This document shows, piece after piece, positions 8,717 to 17,356 of a DNA stretch of 32,000 nt. The DNA comes from Synechocystis sp. PCC 6803 substr. PCC-P. GTDB taxonomy: Bacteria > Cyanobacteriota > Cyanobacteriia > Cyanobacteriales > Microcystaceae. Position 1 is the stretch's first letter. The number at the start of each line of letters is the position of its first letter. The position numbers were made by a program, and so were the translations under genes. The stretch is from contig NC_017039.1 of NCBI RefSeq assembly GCF_000284455.1, forward strand, positions 3,480,001 to 3,512,000, in the 5' to 3' direction. The notes beneath the pieces are model-generated. The model searched no databases, was not told where the DNA came from, and worked only from the letters and a program-made list of their open reading frames with translations.

Positions 8717-10126
8717 TTAATAGTGGCTATAGCCGAGACAAAACTTAACAGCATCTTGATTATTGGCCACCGCCCCCCGTAGTCCCGATACAAAAAGCAG
8801 TAAATTTTGGGTTCTGGCCCCGTCCGGGTTACTAATGTCCATATCCCAATCCCGCCACACTGCCTGATCCAATTGGCGATCGCCAAGGGTGACGTAAACT
8901 AATTTTCCTTGCCCCTGGGGTACCTGATTGCCATCAAAAACAGCGGTTAATAAAAGGCGGGCATTCTCTCCCCCGGGATTTTGAGCAATTTCTGCTTTTT
9001 TCACCGTCAAAAAGGGTTCAGACACATTGAAAAGATCTGGGGTTAGCTCTCCACCAGTGAGGGAAACGGTACTTTTAGAAGGAATATTTAACTCCAACGG
9101 TGGCAGAGGGCTAGCAGAATTTTCACCACAATTGGTTTGTTCGACCATAAGCCAATCCTTTTCCTGGTCTTGGTTTGGCCTCTGACGGTCTATGGAACCA
9201 ATGTCAATTACGCATTCTTGAATAGTGCCTTTTAAAGAACTGTTGTCTAGAGTCACCGTATCTGCTTGGCCAAGCTCAAAGGCGGAGGCCCGAAAGGCTT
9301 TATTGACATCTAAGGGAAGCTGACGGAATTCCCTTACCAATTCATCCACCGTTTCCTGGGGCCCCGTCATCAGGATAAAAAATGGTCTGCCCTTTTGATC
9401 CACGTCCTGGCCAGTGGTGTTGTAAACAAAAGTGGGATAACCAGCGTTGGCAGAATAAACATTGCCCCGGAACTGACTCCGAACTCCCAAGAGCACGGCT
9501 TTATAGTTGGGATTATTGTTTAACTCTTTGCTGATCAGGCCAGAAATTTGTCCCACAGCGGCATCGTCCGGTTCTAGGTCGGTGAGTAAAATTTTCAGAC
9601 TGCGGGTAGCACTGGTATTGGTGGAAGTGTTGCTATCCTCTTCACTCCCTTCATTTCTTTCCCCTTGATTATTAGATGTGCCGGCGGCCGGGCTTTCCAA
9701 TTCATAAAGTTGCCCCAAAGTACTGGAAACACAAGGATAATCCGCTATTGGCTGATCCCGACGACAATAAAAGGGCGCTTTACTGGCGGCCAGAAATTGG
9801 TTAGCAGAAATCGGTTGGGCCTGACTAATATTTTCATTGCTCCCCACCCGCCAATAGGAAGTGGGCAAATTTTTGTTTTGCAAAAGGGTGTGCAAAGAGG
9901 CGATCGCCTGGCCATAGCGACCACCAGGTTGACTGACAAAACCCACCATGGACTCACTGGCATCTACCCCCACCATTACATCCAGGTTTTCAAAAGGCCC
10001 AGGGGAAGATTGTTCGTCTCTGCGCTCTACCATCCCTTGGTCTGTTTCCACACAGGGTAAACCTCCCCTCTGGCCACAACCGGCTAATACTAGAGCCAAC
10101 AAAGAGAACAAAATCCAGCTTTTCAC
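8717..10126 (-). CDS. Lipoprotein with a von Willebrand factor A-like domain
   Basis: 469-aa ORF, GTG start (revcomp of 10118-10126 = GTGAAAAGC...). Lipobox SLLALVLAGC. MIDAS-like LDVMVGVDASESMVGF (DxSxS) and a later KILLTDLEPDD segment. Confidence 0.85.
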   Translation of the reverse strand: MKSWILFSLLALVLAGCGQRGGLPCVETDQGMVERRDEQSSPGPFENLDVMVGVDASESMVGFVSQPGGRYGQAIASLHTLLQNKNLPTSYWRVGSNENISQAQPISANQFLAASKAPFYCRRDQPIADYPCVSSTLGQLYELESPAAGTSNNQGERNEGSEEDSNTSTNTSATRSLKILLTDLEPDDAAVGQISGLISKELNNNPNYKAVLLGVRSQFRGNVYSANAGYPTFVYNTTGQDVDQKGRPFFILMTGPQETVDELVREFRQLPLDVNKAFRASAFELGQADTVTLDNSSLKGTIQECVIDIGSIDRQRPNQDQEKDWLMVEQTNCGENSASPLPPLELNIPSKSTVSLTGGELTPDLFNVSEPFLTVKKAEIAQNPGGENARLLLTAVFDGNQVPQGQGKLVYVTLGDRQLDQAVWRDWDMDISNPDGARTQNLLLFVSGLRGAVANNQDAVKFCLGYSHY

Positions 10127-10163
10127 GCAAAAACCCAGAAAGACAATAATGGAAATGATTCAT

Positions 10164-10203
10164 CAGAGCGGGAGTTCGCCCATTAGCCTAATGCACTGCT
10201 CTG
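10164..10203. promoter_or_regulatory. Possible branched hairpin in the divergent intergenic region
   Basis: Outer stem CAGAGC (10164-10169)/GCTCTG (10198-10203) encloses GGG-agttcg-CCC and ATTAG-C-CTAAT (10182-10192). Confidence 0.3.
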
Positions 10204-10516
10204 AAAAAATCAAGCGCCTGCGGGTGAGCCCAAGTCATTTCGATTCTAAGCGAGAGTTCCTTGAGTTATTCCCTAAAGCTTTAATAGTCACGGCGCCAAT
10301 ATTAAAGTGACCCCATCCCTTATCCATTGCCATTACACAGGTTCAAACAACTTAAACTGTTTTGTATTGTTACTAACAGATTAAATTTTTACTGACCGGG
10401 GACGCTTAGAATCTCCCCAAGCTGATAGCCCTGCTAACTAATTAAGCACAGACAGAAAGCACCCGGTTTGAATTGCCTCCAGGATAACCAGATAAAATGG
10501 GAACTTAATCACCCTT

Positions 10517-13500
10517 TTGCCTAAATCTGTGAAAACCCTAGCCTACGCTAACCCTGCTGATCTATTCGCCTTTCCCTTGGATGACTTCCAACAAGAGGCG
10601 ATCGCCGCCCTGGACCAAGACCAGTCAGTGGTAGTGTGTGCCCCCACAGGTTCCGGTAAAACGGTAGTCGGAGAATATGCCATCTATCGAGCCATTGCCA
10701 GGGGAAAAAGGGTTTTTTATACTACGCCTTTGAAGGCCTTGTCCAATCAAAAAATTCGGGATTTCCAGGAAAAATTAGAGAAGTTAGGCCTAGAAAATGC
10801 GGCCCAACTAGTGGGCTTAATTACCGGTGATACGGTGATCAATGCCGATGCCCCGGTGGTGGTAATGACCACGGAAATTTTTAGGAATATGCTCTACGAA
10901 ACCCCCATTGGGGAAGTAGGCACTTCTTTGGAGGACGTGGAAACAGTGGTGTTTGACGAAGTCCATTACATCAGCGACCGGGGTCGGGGCACTGTGTGGG
11001 AAGAGTCAATCATTTATTGTCCCAGCACCATTCAACTGGTGGGTTTGTCCGCCACCATTGGCAACCCGGAACAGTTGACCGAATGGATTAATCAAGTCCG
11101 CACTGGGGTTTCCCTGAAAGTATTACGCCAGGGAGAGCAACGTAATGATTCCCCCCCCTGTGTGCTGGTCAATTCCGATTTCCGTCCTGTGCCCCTCACC
11201 TTTCACTACAGCACCCGCAAAGGTTTATTTCCCCTGTTGAATGAGAAAAAAACGGGAGTTAATACTCGCCTATTGCCCAAGGCTGGGAATAAAAATACCC
11301 GTTCTGGTAAAAATCGCCGCATGCGCCGGGAGGATTGTCCCTATCCCCTGTTGGTGATGCAACAGCTACAGGAACGGAATTTGTTGCCGGTAATCTATGT
11401 AATTTTTAGTCGGCGGGGCTGTGAACAGGCGGCCCAATCCCTGGAAGATTTATCTTTGGTGGAACCGGCGGAGCAGGAAAGTATCCAACTGCAACTACTG
11501 GATTTTTTCTTTGGCAAAAATCCCCTACTGCGGCAGAAGTTGGAACGGGATTTGGCCAATGGTTTGCCGGATTTAGTCCAAGCGGTCGTTGCCTATTTGG
11601 ATCATCCCCAGGACAGTGAAGCGGCCCAAAGACTTTTGACTGCGTTGGCGATCGATCCAGAAGGTATGTTCAAACTCTGGGGTTGGATTGCCCAATCTTC
11701 TCCCATGACTAGGTTCGAGCAGATTGAACCCCTTTTACGGGGCATTGCGGTGCACCACGCCGGCATTTTGCCAGATATGAAAACCCTGGTGGAAAAGTTA
11801 TTTGAGCAGGGCTTGATCAAAGTGGTATTTGCCACAGCCACCCTCTCGGCGGGGATTAATATGCCTGCTCGCACCACGGTGATTTCTGCCCTATCCAAAC
11901 GTACCAATGAAGGTCATGCCATGCTCAGTCCTTCGGAATTTTTACAAATTGCGGGGCGGGCTGGGCGGCGGGGTATGGATACGGAGGGCCATGTAATTAC
12001 GGTGCAAACTCCCTTTGAAGGGGCCAATGAGGCCTCTTACTTAGCTCTAGCGGAGGCGGAACCGTTAAAAAGTTGGTTTACCCCTTCCTATGGCATGGTG
12101 CTGAATCTGTTGCAAAAACATGATTTGGAAGAAGTAAAAAGTTTGCTGGAACGGAGCTTTGCCGAATACTTGGCCCAGTTTGCCCTGGAACCCACTAAGG
12201 TGGCGATCGCCGAAACGGTGAAAAAATTATCCCAATTGGATATTAAGTTGGCAGGCATTGGGGAAAAGGATTTACGCAGTTACGAAAAATTCCGGGGGCG
12301 ACTGCGGGAAGAACAAAGGTTGCTGAAAATTCTGGAAGAACAGGCGGAAAAAGAACGAAAGCAACAGTTAAAGGATCAACTCAAAACCCTGGCACCGGGT
12401 CAGCTTTTATATCTCAAAGGTCGCCACGTCAAAATCCATCAACCTCGTTTAGCGGTCATTGTTGCCCCCCTGGCCCCCGCCCATAATTTGCCCCAATGGT
12501 GCTGCCTGGGCAGTGATAACCGTTGGTATCATGTCACTGTGGGGGATATTTATGCGGTGCCCATTGGTAATCTGTCCCCAGCCCAATGGCAGCATTTAAC
12601 CCCGCCCCCAGCGGAACTTTTGGCTCCCGGTAAATCGGTGAAGGGAGATGAGGAAACATTGGCGATCGCCGCAGGCCTAGACCCCCAAACCTATCCCTTA
12701 GAACCCAGCCCAGAACTGGTAGAACAACAGGCCAGGGTAGACCATGTGGAAAAACTGTTGGCAGTACATCCCCTGGCTAGCCAAAAACATCCCGGCAAAC
12801 TTTTGGAGCAGTTCCACCAACGGCAAGAACTACGTAAAACCCTAAGCAAACGACAACAGGAGTATGATCGCCTACAATCCCGTCAATCCTACTATTGGCA
12901 GGAGTTCCTAGACTTAATTGACATTTTGCAGGAAATGGAAGCCCTGGAGGAATATACCCCCACACTGTTGGGGGAAGTGGCCGCCACCCTGAGGGGGGAA
13001 AATGAATTGTGGTTGGGTTTGGCCCTGATTTCCGGCAAATTCAACGATTTGGAACCAGAACAGTTGGCCGCCGCCGCCAGTGCCCTCATTACGGAAACTC
13101 CCCGTTCCGATGCTTGGACTGATTTCAAGCCTTCCCCTGTAGTGTTGGCCGCTCTCCGTCCCAGTAATGATTTGTTTGGCCTATTATTTTGCCTTAAACA
13201 CCCTCAACCTCCCCTTGCCCTCTGGCAGGCTATGACGGTGGCGGATCATTTGCAACGGCTTAATCTCTGGGATCTACGACGTAAATTGATCAAAGCTCAA
13301 AATCAACGGGCGATCGCCATTCCCCTTTGGTTGGAAGTGGATTTTATGGGCTTGGTGGAACAGTGGGCATTGGGCATGGAGTGGGAAAACCTCTGCCGCC
13401 AGACCAGTTTGGATGAGGGGGATTTAGTCCGACTTTTCCGGCGCACGGTGGATCTGCTTTGGCAAATTCCCCAGGTGCCCCACCTTTCCCCCCGACTAAA

Positions 13501-13549
13501 ACGGAATGCTCGCATTGCGGTGCAACAAATGAAGCGTTTTCCCCTCTAA
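10517..13549 (+). CDS. Ski2/Mtr4-like superfamily 2 (DExH) RNA helicase
   Basis: 1010-aa ORF. Motif I APTGSGKTVVGEYAI, motif II VFDEVHYISDRGRG, motif III GLSATIGN, motif VI QIAGRAGRRGMD. Start is TTG at 10517, or GTG at 10529. Confidence 0.95.
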   Translation: MPKSVKTLAYANPADLFAFPLDDFQQEAIAALDQDQSVVVCAPTGSGKTVVGEYAIYRAIARGKRVFYTTPLKALSNQKIRDFQEKLEKLGLENAAQLVGLITGDTVINADAPVVVMTTEIFRNMLYETPIGEVGTSLEDVETVVFDEVHYISDRGRGTVWEESIIYCPSTIQLVGLSATIGNPEQLTEWINQVRTGVSLKVLRQGEQRNDSPPCVLVNSDFRPVPLTFHYSTRKGLFPLLNEKKTGVNTRLLPKAGNKNTRSGKNRRMRREDCPYPLLVMQQLQERNLLPVIYVIFSRRGCEQAAQSLEDLSLVEPAEQESIQLQLLDFFFGKNPLLRQKLERDLANGLPDLVQAVVAYLDHPQDSEAAQRLLTALAIDPEGMFKLWGWIAQSSPMTRFEQIEPLLRGIAVHHAGILPDMKTLVEKLFEQGLIKVVFATATLSAGINMPARTTVISALSKRTNEGHAMLSPSEFLQIAGRAGRRGMDTEGHVITVQTPFEGANEASYLALAEAEPLKSWFTPSYGMVLNLLQKHDLEEVKSLLERSFAEYLAQFALEPTKVAIAETVKKLSQLDIKLAGIGEKDLRSYEKFRGRLREEQRLLKILEEQAEKERKQQLKDQLKTLAPGQLLYLKGRHVKIHQPRLAVIVAPLAPAHNLPQWCCLGSDNRWYHVTVGDIYAVPIGNLSPAQWQHLTPPPAELLAPGKSVKGDEETLAIAAGLDPQTYPLEPSPELVEQQARVDHVEKLLAVHPLASQKHPGKLLEQFHQRQELRKTLSKRQQEYDRLQSRQSYYWQEFLDLIDILQEMEALEEYTPTLLGEVAATLRGENELWLGLALISGKFNDLEPEQLAAAASALITETPRSDAWTDFKPSPVVLAALRPSNDLFGLLFCLKHPQPPLALWQAMTVADHLQRLNLWDLRRKLIKAQNQRAIAIPLWLEVDFMGLVEQWALGMEWENLCRQTSLDEGDLVRLFRRTVDLLWQIPQVPHLSPRLKRNARIAVQQMKRFPL

Positions 13550-13659
13550 CCAATTGGCGATCGGGAGGATTTCCTCGAAAACGCTGGGAATATATCGATC
13601 ACTTGGCCACTAAACACTAGGCGGCCATGGCCTTTTACTACCCCCAACAAGACCTATTT

Positions 13660-13995
13660 CTACAGGCGACCTTGGCTGGCCAATTTATAGCCAACGGCCA
13701 TGGAGACAAAAGAAAGCAGAAATTCCCACAGACTAGTGGGATTAAGGATCGCTCGACTGCTAAAAAACACCAGCACCACGCCGATGATAATCGGTATCCA
13801 GCCCCAGGATTTTTCCCTGGCGGGCAAAAAAACTAACATCATCACCCCAGCAATGAGGGCCAAAATTGAGCCATCGGCGGCAATACCCCGCCAAAAGTAA
13901 GGATAAACGTTGGTAGTGAAAATGATGTTGTTACCCAGAAAATAGATGCCGGTGCCAATGAGAACTATGCCGATCAGTCTTGCTATTAGAGCCAT
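13660..13995 (-). CDS. Small hypothetical membrane protein (3-4 TM helices)
   Basis: 111-aa ORF with hydrophobic segments LIGIVLIGTGIYFLG, ADGSILALIAGVMMLVFL, GWIPIIIGVVLVFF. Convergent with the helicase gene. Confidence 0.7.
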   Translation of the reverse strand: MALIARLIGIVLIGTGIYFLGNNIIFTTNVYPYFWRGIAADGSILALIAGVMMLVFLPAREKSWGWIPIIIGVVLVFFSSRAILNPTSLWEFLLSFVSMAVGYKLASQGRL

Positions 13996-14032
13996 GGTAT
14001 TGTCGTGGTAATTGATTTATTGATAATGGGCA

Positions 14033-15340
14033 TTAAACTTTGGGTTTTAGCTTGATATTTAGTTTAGGGACAAAGCTTTTGATTAAAACTGATTCTATTT
14101 CCTGCAGATAATGTTTAGGTAGCGAAGTTATGAAAGCAATTTTGCCATCTTCTATTAAGTCAAAATCAGATTGTCTGTGATGAGAATACCAACGCTTTTG
14201 AAGGTTGACTGACATTCCAATATATTGAATTGCATCATCTTTGTTGAGGACAAAATAAATTCCAGGCTGTTCTGGTAGTTCGTCCCTTTCTTCAATTGGT
14301 ACTGCTGACAATTTTGCGGGATTAATTTGAGTTATTTCCAAAAAAATTCCATCGTAAATGAATTTTGAAATATATTCAATAAAGGAAAGGAATAAAAAAT
14401 CAGAGCTATTCCAGGAATTTAATTCTTCTGGTAATTCTGAATCTAAAGGATCAAATTCCTGACCATCGAGGACACACATAAAAGAAGCGATTATGTTTTC
14501 CCATTCATAAACATATTTTTTAGATTTATAGCGGTTCTGCCATTTATCTAGCCAATTTTGTGCATCATTCCAAGCTTCTGGATAATACCATTCTTGCCAT
14601 AATTGTTTTAGTTTATTCGCCGTCGGTGGTTTTGGTGGATCGCAATATTCGCGGTCGTAAATATTTTTCCATGCTTTCCTAAATATTGAGTATATTTCAC
14701 TAGGTAACTCTGGGATTTCAAATTCTTTTTGCTGATAGCTTTGGATTTCTGGATCAATATCAATATATTTAGTGATTTCGTTGGATTCGTTGTTTTGACC
14801 CATCTTCATCTCTACTTGTGTCAATCCAGATTCTAATAAAGGAATAAAGTTGCTAGTTTCTAAAAATTCTCCATCAATAACTTCATCATTTATTTCTTCT
14901 TCTTTGGGTGTGTTAAGCAAAAGTGACAACTGTAATCCCAGCGCCCCAGAAATCCATTCTCTACCCGGAAACAACAAGTCAACTTGATATTTGTCTTCCA
15001 AAAGTAAACTAAAATTACCCTTAATTGAGTTGAGGTAATATTTTTTGACTTCAGATATTATTTCTTCGTAAAATTGTGACAAGATTTTAACTTCATTTGC
15101 CGCTTTTCCTTTGGTGTGTAAATAAGGCTTAACAACTACACTACCATGCTCACTTAAGGGATCTAGTTCCTCTGTTATCCACTCCTTAACATCTTCAATA
15201 TCAAGGGAGCCTAATCCTTTATTTTCTCGACGTAAAAGTTCTGTCTCTATTGCTTTTCGGCAAATATCAGACCAATTTGCGTCTACCTTTGCCATTCGAC
15301 TTTTTAAATCATCGGTCACATAAACATTGAGTGCAGGCAT
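14033..15340 (-). CDS. Protein with N-terminal ribbon-helix-helix/CopG-like region, large uncharacterised middle and C-terminal GIY-YIG nuclease domain
   Basis: The track ORF extends to 15421 from a TTG. ATG at 15338-15340 (MPALNVYVTDDLKSRMAKVDANWSDICRKAIETELLRRE) fits an RHH start better. C-terminus: PGIYFVLNKDDAIQYIGMSVNLQKRWYSHH...YLQEIESVLIKSFVPKLN. Confidence 0.85.
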   Translation of the reverse strand: MPALNVYVTDDLKSRMAKVDANWSDICRKAIETELLRRENKGLGSLDIEDVKEWITEELDPLSEHGSVVVKPYLHTKGKAANEVKILSQFYEEIISEVKKYYLNSIKGNFSLLLEDKYQVDLLFPGREWISGALGLQLSLLLNTPKEEEINDEVIDGEFLETSNFIPLLESGLTQVEMKMGQNNESNEITKYIDIDPEIQSYQQKEFEIPELPSEIYSIFRKAWKNIYDREYCDPPKPPTANKLKQLWQEWYYPEAWNDAQNWLDKWQNRYKSKKYVYEWENIIASFMCVLDGQEFDPLDSELPEELNSWNSSDFLFLSFIEYISKFIYDGIFLEITQINPAKLSAVPIEERDELPEQPGIYFVLNKDDAIQYIGMSVNLQKRWYSHHRQSDFDLIEDGKIAFITSLPKHYLQEIESVLIKSFVPKLNIKLKPKV

Positions 15341-15546
15341 GGTTAAACCATAAGTAGAAGTATAAAGAAGATTATACGCATATTCTCTGGGTGCGACAAC
15401 CAAAATTATGCGCACATGCAATTATTCTTTACAAAACTTAGGTTCTATCTCCCTAAGTTGACTTTTTGTGGCCAGGCTTGAGCAAAGGGGAATAAACCAT
15501 CGACAATGGACAGAAGCATAGATTCGCTACGAGACAGGAGAGAACA

Positions 15547-17232
15547 ATGTCCAACAATCCCAGAAGCCAGGTAATTACCCAGGGCACCCAACGGAGTCCC
15601 AACCGGGCCATGCTCCGGGCCGTTGGTTTTGGCGATGATGACTTTACGAAACCCATTGTGGGTATTGCCAACGGGTACAGCACCATTACCCCCTGCAACA
15701 TGGGCATTAATGATCTGGCTCTACGGGCCGAGGCCGGCTTACGGACAGCGGGGGCCATGCCCCAATTGTTTGGCACTATCACCATCAGTGACGGTATTTC
15801 CATGGGTACGGAAGGGATGAAATATTCCCTAGTTTCCCGGGAAGTGATTGCTGATTCCATCGAAACAGTATGCAATGGCCAACGCATGGACGGAGTTTTG
15901 GCGATCGGGGGCTGTGATAAGAATATGCCGGGGGCAATGATTGCCATGGCTCGCCTCAATATTCCCTCTATCTTTGTTTACGGTGGCACTATTAAACCCG
16001 GACATTATGCCGGGGAAGATTTAACAGTGGTCAGTGCCTTTGAAGCGGTGGGCCAGTACAGCGCTGGCAAAATTGATGAGGAAACCCTCTACGGCATTGA
16101 ACGGAATGCCTGTCCTGGGGCTGGTTCCTGTGGGGGGATGTTCACCGCCAACACCATGTCCTCCGCCTTTGAAGCTATGGGGATGAGCTTGCCCTATTCT
16201 TCTACCATGGCCGCAGTGGATGGGGAAAAAGCCGACAGCACCGAGGAGTCCGCCAAGGTTTTGGTGGAAGCCATCAAAAAACAGATTTTGCCCAGTCAAA
16301 TTCTGACCCGGAAAGCTTTTGAAAATGCCATTGCCGTGATTATGGCCGTGGGGGGCTCCACTAATGCAGTGCTCCATCTGCTGGCGATCGCCAACACCAT
16401 TGGGGTGCCCCTAAGCTTGGACGATTTTGAAACCATTCGCCACAAAGTACCTGTACTGTGCGACCTCAAACCTTCCGGCAAATACGTCACCACTAATCTC
16501 CACGCCGCCGGTGGCATTCCCCAGGTGATGAAAATATTGCTGGTCAATGGCATTCTCCACGGTGACGCTTTAACGATTACAGGACAGACCATTGCTGAAG
16601 TTTTAGCCGATATTCCTGACCAACCCCCTGCCGGCCAGGACGTAATCCATTCCTGGGATGACCCTGTTTATCAAGAAGGTCACCTGGCAGTGCTCAAAGG
16701 TAACCTGGCCACCGAAGGCAGTGTGGCTAAAATCAGCGGTGTTAAAAAGCCGGTGATCACTGGTCCCGCCAAAGTATTTGAATCTGAAGAAGATTGCCTA
16801 GAAGCGATTCTAGCCGGCAAAATTCAAGCAGGAGATGTGGTGGTCGTGCGCTATGAAGGGCCCAAAGGTGGCCCCGGTATGCGGGAAATGCTAGCCCCCA
16901 CTTCTGCCATCATTGGGGCAGGGTTGGGAGACTCCGTTGGCCTAATCACCGATGGCCGCTTTTCTGGTGGTACCTATGGCTTAGTGGTGGGTCACGTTGC
17001 CCCCGAAGCTTATGTGGGAGGGGCGATCGCCTTGGTGCAAGAGGGGGATCAAATCACCATCGATGCTGGCAAGCGGTTACTGCAACTCAACATCAGTGAA
17101 GAGGAATTGGCCCAACGGCGGGCCCAATGGACTCCTCCTCAGCCCCGCTATCCCCGGGGGATTTTAGCCAAGTATGCCAAGTTAGTTTCCTCCAGCAGCC
17201 TTGGTGCAGTGACTGATATAGACTTGTTCTAA
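15547..17232 (+). CDS. ilvD: Dihydroxy-acid dehydratase
   Basis: 561 aa. Characteristic [63 protein letters not shown]. Confidence 0.97.
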   Translation: MSNNPRSQVITQGTQRSPNRAMLRAVGFGDDDFTKPIVGIANGYSTITPCNMGINDLALRAEAGLRTAGAMPQLFGTITISDGISMGTEGMKYSLVSREVIADSIETVCNGQRMDGVLAIGGCDKNMPGAMIAMARLNIPSIFVYGGTIKPGHYAGEDLTVVSAFEAVGQYSAGKIDEETLYGIERNACPGAGSCGGMFTANTMSSAFEAMGMSLPYSSTMAAVDGEKADSTEESAKVLVEAIKKQILPSQILTRKAFENAIAVIMAVGGSTNAVLHLLAIANTIGVPLSLDDFETIRHKVPVLCDLKPSGKYVTTNLHAAGGIPQVMKILLVNGILHGDALTITGQTIAEVLADIPDQPPAGQDVIHSWDDPVYQEGHLAVLKGNLATEGSVAKISGVKKPVITGPAKVFESEEDCLEAILAGKIQAGDVVVVRYEGPKGGPGMREMLAPTSAIIGAGLGDSVGLITDGRFSGGTYGLVVGHVAPEAYVGGAIALVQEGDQITIDAGKRLLQLNISEEELAQRRAQWTPPQPRYPRGILAKYAKLVSSSSLGAVTDIDLF

Positions 17233-17356
17233 AATTCCCCCATGGGCTAGGGACTAAGGGCATCGCCTAGGGATTTCTTAGAGAGCAATGGGGCTGGGGG
17301 GTGTAGGCTATCGAGATGAAACAGCCTCCTTCTTGGGGTTAACGCCAAAATAACTT

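Noticed and set aside
8692-8886. 64-aa minus-strand ORF
   Set aside because: Alternative frame over the 3' end of the vWA lipoprotein gene.
15453-15959. 168-aa minus-strand ORF
   Set aside because: Antisense to the start of ilvD, whose cysteine motifs are unambiguous.
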